Shown here piece by piece: positions 18,904 to 28,182 of a stretch of DNA of 64,000 bases. The stretch is taken from assembly GCA_044222185.1 (NCBI GenBank), contig JBGANV010000001.1, positions 1,760,001 through 1,824,000 of the forward strand. The letters run 5' to 3'. Numbering within the stretch: the first letter of the stretch is position 1; each line of letters begins with the position of its first letter. The notes below the pieces were generated by a model. That model had not been told where the DNA came from. It did no database searches and saw nothing but the letters and a program-made list of their open reading frames with translations. The DNA comes from Planctomycetota bacterium (GTDB taxonomy: Bacteria > Planctomycetota > GCA-002687715 > CAIWVZ01). Made by a program: the position numbers and the translations under genes.

Positions 18904-19845
18904 ATGAACACGCTCGAACCCGCCCTGCGTGCCGCTGAGAGGATTCGTCCTCACATCCGACGCACGCCTCTCCTCGATGCGTCGATCGCCCGCGTCCCGG
19001 GGAACCCGAGCGGGCCGCTCCACCTGAAGCTCGAAAACCTGCAAGTCACCGGGTCGTTCAAGGCACGTGGGGCGGTCAACCGCGTGTTGTCGCTGGATCG
19101 CGACCAACGCGCCCGAGGGATCATCACGGCGTCCGGCGGGAATCACGGACTCGGCGTCGCCTACGCCGGCTGGATCACGAAGTGCGCCGCGACCGTGGTC
19201 CTTCCCGAGAACGCGCCGCGCGCGAAGCAGGAGAAGCTCGAGTCGTGGGGCGCGCGAGTCATCCGCGCAGGCGCCGTCTGGGACGATGCCAACGTCGTCG
19301 CGCTCCAGATGGCTTCGGCGAGTGACCTGGCCTACGTTCATCCGTTCGCGGACGAAGACATCATCTCGGGGCAGGCGACGATCGCGCTCGAGATCCTCGG
19401 TGACCGTCCCGACGTGGACGTCGTGATCGCAGCCATCGGCGGCGGCGGGCTCATCGGTGGCGTCAGCCTGGGAGCGAAGCTCTCACGCCCCGGCATCCGT
19501 GTGATCGGAGTGGAACCCACCGGAGCCCCAACGCTCTACGAGAGCCGCAAGGCCGGCCAGGTCGTCTCCCTCACGGAGATCCGCACGGCGGCCAACACGC
19601 TCGCGCCGCGTCGCAGCCATGAGCGCAATTTCGCCATGATCGAGAGGTACGTCGACGACATCGTCCTCGTCACGGACGACGAGATGAGGTCCGCCGCGAA
19701 GTGGCTTTGGTTCGAGTTCGGAGTTGCTTCGGAGCTGAGCGGCGCCGCGGCCGTGGCTGCCCTGATGACCGGACGCATTCGCGTCGCCCCCGGCGCAGTC
19801 GTGTGCGCCATCGTCTGCGGCGCCGGCACCGACGGCATCGTCTGA
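18904..19845 (+). CDS. PLP-dependent threonine/serine dehydratase family (no ACT domain)
   Basis: KLENLQVTGSFKARGA, ASGGNHG, GQAT, IGGGGLIGG. Confidence 0.92.
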   Translation: MNTLEPALRAAERIRPHIRRTPLLDASIARVPGNPSGPLHLKLENLQVTGSFKARGAVNRVLSLDRDQRARGIITASGGNHGLGVAYAGWITKCAATVVLPENAPRAKQEKLESWGARVIRAGAVWDDANVVALQMASASDLAYVHPFADEDIISGQATIALEILGDRPDVDVVIAAIGGGGLIGGVSLGAKLSRPGIRVIGVEPTGAPTLYESRKAGQVVSLTEIRTAANTLAPRRSHERNFAMIERYVDDIVLVTDDEMRSAAKWLWFEFGVASELSGAAAVAALMTGRIRVAPGAVVCAIVCGAGTDGIV

Positions 19846-20029
19846 GTGCGGCAGCACTGGCATGCCGGGCTCGCGCCGCCGTCGCCTCGACGAGCGCCGG
19901 CCGAGGCGATGAAAGCCACCACCTTCGCCGGGTTTTGGTGTGCCGCGCAGACGCAGCCTATACTGCCATCGCCGGGCCCCTCTGCCGTCGCGAGAACCTC
20001 ACTCGTCGAGCCCCATTCACATCATCACC

Positions 20030-21919
20030 ATGCACATCAAATCCCGAATCGCGATCGCGTCGCTGGCCTCGTTCCTCGTCGCCGCGACCGTTCGCGCACA
20101 GTCACTTCCAACCGGGTTCAGCGATGAGCTCATCGCTGGAGGATTCACCCTTCCCATCGGGCTCGGGTTCCTCCCGGACGGGAGGATGATCGTCTGCGAA
20201 CAACAGTCCCACGTCATCAAGGTCGTCGCCAACGGCGTGACTGCCACGATGGGCACCGTCCCCGGGGTCGACAACGGAGTGATCGAGAACGAGCGCGGAC
20301 TGCAGCACATCGCCGTGGACCCGCAATGGCCGGCGCGTCCGTACATCTACGTGTTCTTCACGCACGACTCCCCGCACAACTGCTGGCTGTCGATGTACAC
20401 CGTGACCGGAACCCTCACGAGTCCGACGAGCACCAACCTGACGCTCGGCACGAAGTACGACATCATCACCGACATCCCCGACAACTCCGAGAACCACAAC
20501 GGCTCGTCGCTCCGCTTCGGGCCGGATGGATTCCTCTACGTCAGCGTCGGTGAGGACTATCAGTTCTGCCCAGCGCAGGACGTGTCGAGCGGCCTGGGTT
20601 GCATCATGCGTCTGGACGTGTCGTCGCTCCCCGGCGCAGGCTCGGGCCCGCCGCCGAAGACCCAGATCGCCGCCGCCGGCAACCCCATCGCAACGGGAAC
20701 CGGGTTCGAGCGACTCGTTTGGGCCTACGGCCTCCGCAACCCGTGGCGCTTCCACATCGATTCCCTGTCGGGTCAGCTCTTCATCGGCGACGTCGGTGAA
20801 TCGACCTGGGAAGAGCTCGATTGGTGCTTCGCGGGCGGTCAGAACTTCGGATGGCCGTGGAAGGAAGCCAACTCGAATCACGGAAGCTGCGCGGGGAATC
20901 AACCTCCGCTCGTCTCCCCGGTCGTGGCGCACAACCACAACACGAGCTGGTTCTCCATCGAGTCAATGGTGACGTACCGCAACCGCCCCAACGGCATCTA
21001 CAACTTCGGGGCGAGCTACGACGGCGACTGGTTCTACACGGATTACATCTCGGGCGCCGTTCGCCGCCTCCAATTCAACGGCCTTTCCTGGAGCGCGGCC
21101 CCGTCCGTGCCCGGCCAGCCCGATGCCTCGAACTGGGCGACGGGACTGTCGTTCGTGTCGGACTCGACCATCGGGCCCGACGGCGCGATCTACTACTTGA
21201 AGCATCTCGCGGGTCAGATCCGTCGCATCAAGTCCACCGCCAACGCGCCCACGTTCACCGTCCAGAGCGGCGCCGGCCAGCCGGTCAACGCGGGACAGTC
21301 GGCGCTCTCACCGCTGACCGTCCGGGTTGCGACGCCGGGCGGGGTCCCCTTCGCGAACACGACCGTGACGTTCGCCGTGACGACGGGTGGCGGATCGGTG
21401 TCGCCCACGACGGTCGTCACGGATTCGAACGGCATCGCGTCGACGACGTTCACGGCCTCCGCGACGACGGTCACGAACCCGATCGTGACGGCGTCCACGC
21501 CGGGTGCCACGTCGGTGACGATCCCCCTCGTCTGGCGCGGATTGAGCGTGGCCTACATCCCAGCCCTCTCGCAGATCACGATGACGGTCCGCCACAGTCA
21601 GACGAACTCGCCAGTGACGCTGGCAGCCGACATCCCGCCGCCGACGCCCTACCTCGTCACTCCCTACGGAAGCGTGTGGACCTCGATCCTCTCGGTGCCG
21701 TCCACCGCGACCGTTCTCGACGGGCTCGGGCTCGTCGGACCACCCATGCCTGGGTTCGTCACCGGTCCGGTGAACCCCACCTACACGATCACGTTCCAGA
21801 ATCTCCCAGCCCTCGGAGGCGTTCCCGTGCTCCTGCAGGCTTACGCGCTCGACACGGCGATACTCGCGCAACCGCAGGCGATCATGATCAGCCAGCCCGT
21901 CACCGTCACGCTCAACTGA
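20030..21919 (+). CDS. secreted PQQ-type sugar dehydrogenase (GSDH) propeller + Big_1 Ig domain + shared C-terminal domain
   Basis: Signal peptide ending VRA-Q; ERGL, NHNG, FGPDG.LYVSVG, AYGLRNPWR, GDVG, NFGWP; VTFAVTTGGGS...TDSNGIAST. Confidence 0.9.
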   Translation: MHIKSRIAIASLASFLVAATVRAQSLPTGFSDELIAGGFTLPIGLGFLPDGRMIVCEQQSHVIKVVANGVTATMGTVPGVDNGVIENERGLQHIAVDPQWPARPYIYVFFTHDSPHNCWLSMYTVTGTLTSPTSTNLTLGTKYDIITDIPDNSENHNGSSLRFGPDGFLYVSVGEDYQFCPAQDVSSGLGCIMRLDVSSLPGAGSGPPPKTQIAAAGNPIATGTGFERLVWAYGLRNPWRFHIDSLSGQLFIGDVGESTWEELDWCFAGGQNFGWPWKEANSNHGSCAGNQPPLVSPVVAHNHNTSWFSIESMVTYRNRPNGIYNFGASYDGDWFYTDYISGAVRRLQFNGLSWSAAPSVPGQPDASNWATGLSFVSDSTIGPDGAIYYLKHLAGQIRRIKSTANAPTFTVQSGAGQPVNAGQSALSPLTVRVATPGGVPFANTTVTFAVTTGGGSVSPTTVVTDSNGIASTTFTASATTVTNPIVTASTPGATSVTIPLVWRGLSVAYIPALSQITMTVRHSQTNSPVTLAADIPPPTPYLVTPYGSVWTSILSVPSTATVLDGLGLVGPPMPGFVTGPVNPTYTITFQNLPALGGVPVLLQAYALDTAILAQPQAIMISQPVTVTLN

Positions 21920-21921
21920 CC

Positions 21922-23106
21922 GTGCATCTGCTCGTCGACGGCGCGACCTGGGCGAACTGCCGGGGATTCGGACGGTTCACGCGCGAGTTGATCGCGGCGC
22001 TTCGGAAGGAGGCGCCGGCGACCGACCGCATCTCGCTCCTCGTCGACCCGGCGACCCGCACGCGCGGTGGATTCCCGGACGGGGTCGACGTGATCGAAGT
22101 CGGTGTGCAGGTGGCGCCATCGGAGGCCGCGTCGGCGGAAGGCGCGCGGAGCCTCCGCGACCTTCTGGCATTCCGCCGCGCCGCTGCCGGGGTTCGTGCG
22201 GACGTCCTCTACTTCCCCGCGGTGTACTCCTACTTCCCCGTCGCGGGACGCGTACCGGTCGCCGTGACGTTCCATGACGCCATCGCGGAGTCGCTCCCGA
22301 AGGCCATCTTCCCGACCTGGCGCGGACGCCTCTTCTGGAGGCTCAAGTGCTCGGCCGCGGCGCGCCGCTCCGATCTGATCGTCACCGTCTCGGAGGCGTC
22401 CCGCGCGGCGATCGCGAAGTACTACCCGGTCGCGCGAAAGCCGACGGTGGTCATTCCCGAGGGCTACGACGCGCGGGTGTTCCACGCCCGCCGCTCGACG
22501 GAAGAGGCCGCTGCCGAGCGCGCACGACTGGGGATCGGCCCGCAGACGCACGTGCTCCTCACGGTGGGCGGGCTGAGTCCACACAAGAACCTGGATCGAC
22601 TCGTCGCCGCCGTGGGCGAACTGGGTGATCGCAGGAAGGACCTGGACATCCACGTCGTGATGTGCGGCGCCGACCGCGAAGACGTGTTCTTCTCCGCGCG
22701 CGAGAAGCTCGTGAACCAGGTGAACGCCCAGGGACTGGCGAAACGCGTCACGTTCACGGGATTCGTGAGCGACGAGCGCCTCGGGGCGCTCTACCGGCTT
22801 GCGGACGCGCTCGTCTTTCCGTCGCTCCTCGAGGGTTTCGGGTTGCCGGCATTGGAGGCCATGGCCAGCGCCACGCCGGTGATCACGTCGGGTCGTGGAT
22901 CGCTCCAGGAAATCCTCGGCGACGCGGGCGCTTATTTCGACGCCGAGTCGTCCGCCGACCTCGCACGTGTCATCGAGGTGACGCTGAGCGACGCCGCCGC
23001 CCGGCGTCGCGCCGCCGACGTGGGGCTCGACCGGTCGCGGCGGTTCGGTTGGGACAAGGCCGCGCGCCTGCTGCTTCAGGAGTTCGGGAAGCTGTCCGGT
23101 CGATAG
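21922..23106 (+). CDS. glycosyltransferase family 4
   Basis: [36 protein letters not shown]; GTG 2 nt after upstream stop. Confidence 0.93.
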   Translation: MHLLVDGATWANCRGFGRFTRELIAALRKEAPATDRISLLVDPATRTRGGFPDGVDVIEVGVQVAPSEAASAEGARSLRDLLAFRRAAAGVRADVLYFPAVYSYFPVAGRVPVAVTFHDAIAESLPKAIFPTWRGRLFWRLKCSAAARRSDLIVTVSEASRAAIAKYYPVARKPTVVIPEGYDARVFHARRSTEEAAAERARLGIGPQTHVLLTVGGLSPHKNLDRLVAAVGELGDRRKDLDIHVVMCGADREDVFFSAREKLVNQVNAQGLAKRVTFTGFVSDERLGALYRLADALVFPSLLEGFGLPALEAMASATPVITSGRGSLQEILGDAGAYFDAESSADLARVIEVTLSDAAARRRAADVGLDRSRRFGWDKAARLLLQEFGKLSGR

Positions 23107-23273
23107 AACCGTCGGCGTGGAGGATCTCGACCCGCGCGCGGAGACTCCGTTCCGTCGGCGGCGCCGCTCGCGACGTCGTTCGCACCGGAGCGCATGCGCT
23201 CCCAGGACCGTTGCCCGCACCGGGCCTTGGGGCTAATCTCCGCATCGAAACTCGGTCTCACCTGCCCGAAAAC

Positions 23274-24350
23274 ATGTCGACCATCACGAACAGGATCTCC
23301 CGGCACATCCGGCTTTCCCGCGATGCCGCCAGTCGCAGCGCGCGGTTCACGCCGCCGTTCCTGATCGTGTTCATCAACTCGATCTGCAATCTGACCTGTG
23401 AGCACTGCTTTTACTGGACGAGCCTGAACAAGAAGGACGACCTGACCTTCGACGAGTTCGACAAGCTGACGTCCGAGCTGGGGCCGATCGAGAACCTGAA
23501 CCTCTCCGGCGGCGAACCGTTCCTGCGCCCCGAGTTCGCCGAGATCTGTGAGATGTTCGTCCGCAAGAACGGCGCCAAGCAGATCTACGTCCCGACGAAC
23601 GGGTACTTCACCGATCGGACGGAGACGGCACTTCGCAAGGTGCTCGCGGAGAAGTCGCTGCAGCTCTTCGTGTGCGAACTCTCGCTCGATGGAATGCCGG
23701 AGTACCACGACCGATTCCGCGGCAACCCCAAGTCGTTCGCGAAGGCGATGGAGACGTACGACATGCTCGCGCGCCTCCAGGCGGAGGATCCGAGGCTGCG
23801 GATCCACTCCATCAGCACCGCGACGCACGAGAACATGGAGGAGCTGCGAGCCCTGACGACGCACCTCCACGAACGGTGCCCGAAGATGGACCACCACAAC
23901 CTGGCCATCATCCGCGGCGACCGGAAGAACAAATCGCTGCAGGGCCCCCAGCTCGCGGCCTACGACGAGTTGTACAAGCACCTGCGTTCGATCTGGAGCG
24001 ATCGCGAGATGGGCCGGTTCGGCGCCATCGTCGACCCCATGCTCACCTGGGCGAAACGCAAGACGATCGACCGTCAGGAGCAGGTCATCCCGTGCAAGGC
24101 GGGACGGCTTTCGGGCGTCGTCTATGCCAACGGCGACGTCTCTTTCTGCGAAACCCACGAGCCCATCGGCAACCTCCGCAAGAACTCGTTCTTCGAAATC
24201 TGGGATTCACCGAAGGCCGAACAGCTCCGCGCGGACATCGCCGCGAAGAAGTGCTTCTGCACGAACGAAGTCTTCATGTGGTCGAGCATCGCGTTCCAGC
24301 CGGTTCACCTCATGCGCGCCATGATCGGCGCGCGCGTGTGGAGCGTCTGA
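23274..24350 (+). CDS. radical SAM protein with SPASM/Twitch domain
   Basis: [16 protein letters not shown]; C-terminal CKAG...GDVSFC...GNL...IW...CFC. Confidence 0.93.
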   Translation: MSTITNRISRHIRLSRDAASRSARFTPPFLIVFINSICNLTCEHCFYWTSLNKKDDLTFDEFDKLTSELGPIENLNLSGGEPFLRPEFAEICEMFVRKNGAKQIYVPTNGYFTDRTETALRKVLAEKSLQLFVCELSLDGMPEYHDRFRGNPKSFAKAMETYDMLARLQAEDPRLRIHSISTATHENMEELRALTTHLHERCPKMDHHNLAIIRGDRKNKSLQGPQLAAYDELYKHLRSIWSDREMGRFGAIVDPMLTWAKRKTIDRQEQVIPCKAGRLSGVVYANGDVSFCETHEPIGNLRKNSFFEIWDSPKAEQLRADIAAKKCFCTNEVFMWSSIAFQPVHLMRAMIGARVWSV

Positions 24351-25141
24351 TGAGCGCCGCCGGACCGCAGTCGAACGCGGCGACGACCCTCGACGTCGTC
24401 ATCCCGGTGCTGAACGAGGCGCACGTCCTCGAGAAGAGCGTGAGGACCGTCCGCGACTACCTCCGCGCGAACATGCCCTATCGGTGGCGGATCGTGGTCG
24501 CCAACAACGGCTCCACGGACGGCACCGACAAGGTCGCGGAGAAACTCGTGGCCGCGTTCCCCGGCGAAGTCGCGCACATGCTCTTCAATCAGCGGGGGCG
24601 CGGCCGTGCCCTGCGGATCGCCTGGACCGAGAGCCGTGCGGACATCTGCTGCTACACGGACGTCGATCTGTCGACCGACCTCGTCCACCTGCGGCCGCTC
24701 ATCGACGCGATCGCCGTGGACGGCTTCGACCTGTCGACGGGCTCGCGTCTCATGCGCGAGTCGAACATCGAACGCGGCTTCAAGCGAGACGTCATCTCGC
24801 GCCTCTACAACATCTTCGTGAAGCTCGTCCTCAGAACGAACTTCAGTGACGCGCAGTGCGGCTTCAAGGCCGTCAGCCGGCGCGTCATCGACCAGGTCGT
24901 GCCGCTCGTGAAGGATCAGGGCTGGTTCTTCGACACGGAGCTCCTCACACTCTCTGAGAAGCTCGGATTCCGCATCAAGGACGTCCCCGTGCGCTGGATC
25001 GACGACGACGACAGCCGCGTCAAGATCGTCTCGACCGCATGGGAGGACATCAAAGGCGTCTTCCGCGTCCGGCGCGCGCTCGCGTCGATCCTTCGCGACG
25101 CCGGCAACGCGCGCCCAAAGGTCGAACAGCGAACCACATGA
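24350..25141 (+). CDS. GT2 polyprenol-phosphate glycosyltransferase (DPM/DPG-synthase-like)
   Basis: VIPVLNE, NGSTD, GRGRA, YTDVDLS, GSR, SDAQCGFKA, FFDTE. Confidence 0.92.
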   Translation: MSAAGPQSNAATTLDVVIPVLNEAHVLEKSVRTVRDYLRANMPYRWRIVVANNGSTDGTDKVAEKLVAAFPGEVAHMLFNQRGRGRALRIAWTESRADICCYTDVDLSTDLVHLRPLIDAIAVDGFDLSTGSRLMRESNIERGFKRDVISRLYNIFVKLVLRTNFSDAQCGFKAVSRRVIDQVVPLVKDQGWFFDTELLTLSEKLGFRIKDVPVRWIDDDDSRVKIVSTAWEDIKGVFRVRRALASILRDAGNARPKVEQRTT

Positions 25142-26502
25142 AGGTCCTCCTCGTCAACCCGTTCCAGGTCCGGCTCGTAGGCCGCAAGGGACGCATCTAC
25201 AACCGCACGTGGACGCCGCTGGATCTGGCGAACACCGCCTCGATGCTGCGGGCACGTGGCATCGAGGTCGCCATCCTCGACGCGAACGCCGAGCAGATCG
25301 GCGCCGCCGACGTCGCGGCGCGATCGAAGGGGTTCGACCAGGCCTTCGTGACGTCGACGAGCCTGGATCGGTGGCAGTGCCCCTACCTGGACATCGACCC
25401 GTTCATCGAGGTCGTCCATGCGATCCGCGCCGTCGTACCCGACGTCTACATCATGGGGAGCCATGGCACCGTCAAGCCGGCGGAAATGCTCGAGGTGACG
25501 GGCGCGCGCGCCGTGATCCGCGGCGAGCCCGAACGCACCGTCTGTGAGCTCGCGGCGAAGAAGCCTCTCGACGAAGTCATGGGCATCACGTTCAAGCGTG
25601 GCGGCGAAGTCGTGAGCAATCCGGATGCGCCCCTCGTCAAGCTGGACGAGATTCCCATCCCCGCCTTCGACCTGCTCCCGATGCACCTCTACAGCTACGA
25701 GGTCATGGGCGATCACTTCACGCTCTTCGAGATGTCGCGAGGATGCGCGTCGGACTGCACGTTCTGCCTCTTGAAGACCTACGGTGACGGCGTCCGCAAG
25801 AAGTCGACGGCGCGCCTGTGCTCGGAGATCGAGACGGCCGTGACGAAGTTCGGGGTGAAGTGCGCGTACTTCATCGACCTGGAATTCACCGTCTTGAAGA
25901 AGCAGGTCTACGAGCTCTGCGACTGGCTGATCGAACGCAAGCTCGACTTCCAGTGGTGCTGCCAGACGCGCTTCGACCTCGTCGACGACGACATGCTCGC
26001 GAAGATGAAGCAGGCCGGATGCACGCTCATCCACTTCGGCGTCGAGGCCGGGAGCGACGAGATGCTCGCCCGCGTGGACAAGGGCATCACGATGGCCCAG
26101 ATCCGCGAAGGCATGAAGCGCGTGAAGAAGTCCGGCATCCGGAGCGCGTGCTTCTTCATGATCGGGTTCCCCGAGTCCACCGAAAAAGACATGCGTGAGA
26201 TCCAGGAGTTCGCCCGCGAGCTCGCGCCCGACTACCCGCTGTTCCACATCACGGCCCCGTACCCGGGGACGAAGCTCTACGACCAGGTGCGAAACGACCC
26301 GAAAGTCCGGTTCAGCGACAAGTCGCTCTTCCCCGAGGCCGTGGAGGCCAATTTCACGCTGTCGGATCTCAAGCGCATCACGCGATCGGCCTACCTGAAG
26401 TACTACACGCGGCCTTCCTACATCCTCGGACGCGTCGCCAAGGGTGATTGGCGGAATCTGGCGCACCAGGCCCGTCTCTTCTGGAACTTCGTCCGGGCCT
26501 GA
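25138..26502 (+). CDS. cobalamin-binding radical SAM protein
   Basis: N-terminal B12-binding domain (LLVNP, GSHGT, RGEPE); SRGCASDCTFC; FGVEAG; FMIGFP; PYPGT. Confidence 0.93.
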   Translation: MKVLLVNPFQVRLVGRKGRIYNRTWTPLDLANTASMLRARGIEVAILDANAEQIGAADVAARSKGFDQAFVTSTSLDRWQCPYLDIDPFIEVVHAIRAVVPDVYIMGSHGTVKPAEMLEVTGARAVIRGEPERTVCELAAKKPLDEVMGITFKRGGEVVSNPDAPLVKLDEIPIPAFDLLPMHLYSYEVMGDHFTLFEMSRGCASDCTFCLLKTYGDGVRKKSTARLCSEIETAVTKFGVKCAYFIDLEFTVLKKQVYELCDWLIERKLDFQWCCQTRFDLVDDDMLAKMKQAGCTLIHFGVEAGSDEMLARVDKGITMAQIREGMKRVKKSGIRSACFFMIGFPESTEKDMREIQEFARELAPDYPLFHITAPYPGTKLYDQVRNDPKVRFSDKSLFPEAVEANFTLSDLKRITRSAYLKYYTRPSYILGRVAKGDWRNLAHQARLFWNFVRA

Positions 26503-26565
26503 CCCAGGATCGCGCCACCCCGCCTCGTCTCGCACGCGATCCATCGCCGATACAATCCTCGTCCC

Positions 26566-28182
26566 ATGGGAAAGGAAACGAGGACGCGTCTCTGGTTTGG
26601 GCTCGTGTGGCCCTGGCTCGCCGCCTGCGCGCTCGGGCAGATTCACGGCACCGATCCGGCGACGTCACGGCCCGAGCACCAGGTGCCGGGCGGAATCCAC
26701 CACCAGGTGATCACGGCGGAGCCCTCGTTGGAGGAGTGGCTCGGACCGACGGCGATCGGCCGTTTCCTGCGCAACGTGGCCGTATCGCTCGAGCCCAACG
26801 ACGGTGGTGCCCTCGCGATCGGTCTCGTGATCCTCCTCGTCGTCGCGTGCTCGTTCAGGCCGTTCCGGTTCGGATGGAACCTGCAGGCCCTCCTGCTGAT
26901 CGGGGTGGCGATCTGCTTCGCCGACCTCGTGCCGAGACAATTCGCACTCGACCGCGACGGCCAGCGTGGGGCCTTCACGCTCGCGTTCACGATCATCTAT
27001 GCCCTGACGGGGTTCTGGGCCCTGCGCGCGATCGCCGGAGCCTTCGGATCGGAGGCACGCGCGTGGTCGCCCACGCTGCCGACGGGCACGCTCGCGACGC
27101 TCGCGCTGCTCCTCGTCGGACTGAACGTCCTCATCGGCGTCGTGCGCGAGCCTGACGACTGCGGCGTCTACACGAACCTGGGGACGCAGCGCATGCTGGA
27201 AGCGGGGACGTTCCCGTACGGCGACGCCAGGCTGCGCGGCGGCGCGGCGGCGACGTACGGCCCCGTCCTCTACCTGTCCCACGCTCCACTGCGGATGCTC
27301 GGCGGCGCCATCAAGCAGTCGGCGGATGCCGATCCGAACTCCGCGTCCTATGAGCGGCCGCCCGTCTGGATCACGAAGGCCGTCTGCATCGCGTTCCACA
27401 TCGCTGGATTGTTCGCACTCTTCTTTGCGGCGCGGCGACTGGCCGGCGCGCCGACCGCGCTCGCGATCGTCTGTCTCTACGCGGGAAGCGCCTACGTCCT
27501 CGGCGTCGGGGGCGGACCCACGCGCATCGGCGGCATGGGTTACATCTCGCACATCGCACCGGCCGCGCTGACGCTCCTCGGATTCGTCGCGCTACGCTCC
27601 CCCGTCGCATGCGGCGCGCTGCTCGCGCTCGCGGCTGGGACCGTCTACTACCCCGCGTTCTTCTTCCCGCTTTGGTGGAGCTACCACCGCACGCGTGGCC
27701 GCGCGTTGCGGTTCACGCTGGGTTTCGTCGCGACGGGCGCGTTGCTCGGCGGCGCGGTCGTCGCGTTCACGCATACCGAGCCGGGTCAGAACGCCGTGTC
27801 CCTCTTCTTCCAGAGCACCCTCGAGCACCAGGAAGCGCCCGACCAGTACGGGTCGAGCCCGTTCAGCTTCTTCGGCGTGCATCCCGACCTCCGCAAGTCG
27901 TGGAACTCGCCCATCGCGTCCATCGGAAGCTCGTCGTTGCTGAAGCCCACGTTCCTGCTCGTCACCGCCGTCTCGCTGCTTGGGTTCCTCTTCGGGCGTC
28001 GTCGCAGGCCGGCACAGCTCGCGCTGCTCACGGCCGCCGTGGCCGCCACCGTCCAGTTGTGGAAGACGCATGCGACGGGCAGTTACGTCGAGTGGTACTA
28101 CCCGTTCCTCCTCCTCGGGCTCTTCGCCGACCGCGACGAGACGGCCGATCTCGCGCCGGGGAGCGATGCCGTCCCCGCCTGA
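26566..28182 (+). CDS. polytopic membrane protein, GT-C/GT87-like
   Basis: More than 10 hydrophobic segments; acidic loop EPDDCG and TYGPVLY after the N-terminal helices. Confidence 0.7.
   Translation: MGKETRTRLWFGLVWPWLAACALGQIHGTDPATSRPEHQVPGGIHHQVITAEPSLEEWLGPTAIGRFLRNVAVSLEPNDGGALAIGLVILLVVACSFRPFRFGWNLQALLLIGVAICFADLVPRQFALDRDGQRGAFTLAFTIIYALTGFWALRAIAGAFGSEARAWSPTLPTGTLATLALLLVGLNVLIGVVREPDDCGVYTNLGTQRMLEAGTFPYGDARLRGGAAATYGPVLYLSHAPLRMLGGAIKQSADADPNSASYERPPVWITKAVCIAFHIAGLFALFFAARRLAGAPTALAIVCLYAGSAYVLGVGGGPTRIGGMGYISHIAPAALTLLGFVALRSPVACGALLALAAGTVYYPAFFFPLWWSYHRTRGRALRFTLGFVATGALLGGAVVAFTHTEPGQNAVSLFFQSTLEHQEAPDQYGSSPFSFFGVHPDLRKSWNSPIASIGSSSLLKPTFLLVTAVSLLGFLFGRRRRPAQLALLTAAVAATVQLWKTHATGSYVEWYYPFLLLGLFADRDETADLAPGSDAVPA

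Noticed and set aside
20821-25137. Apparent long N-terminal domains on the GT4, radical SAM and GT2 ORFs
   Set aside because: Off-frame read-through of upstream genes caused by stop-codon scarcity; true starts sit at the gene junctions.
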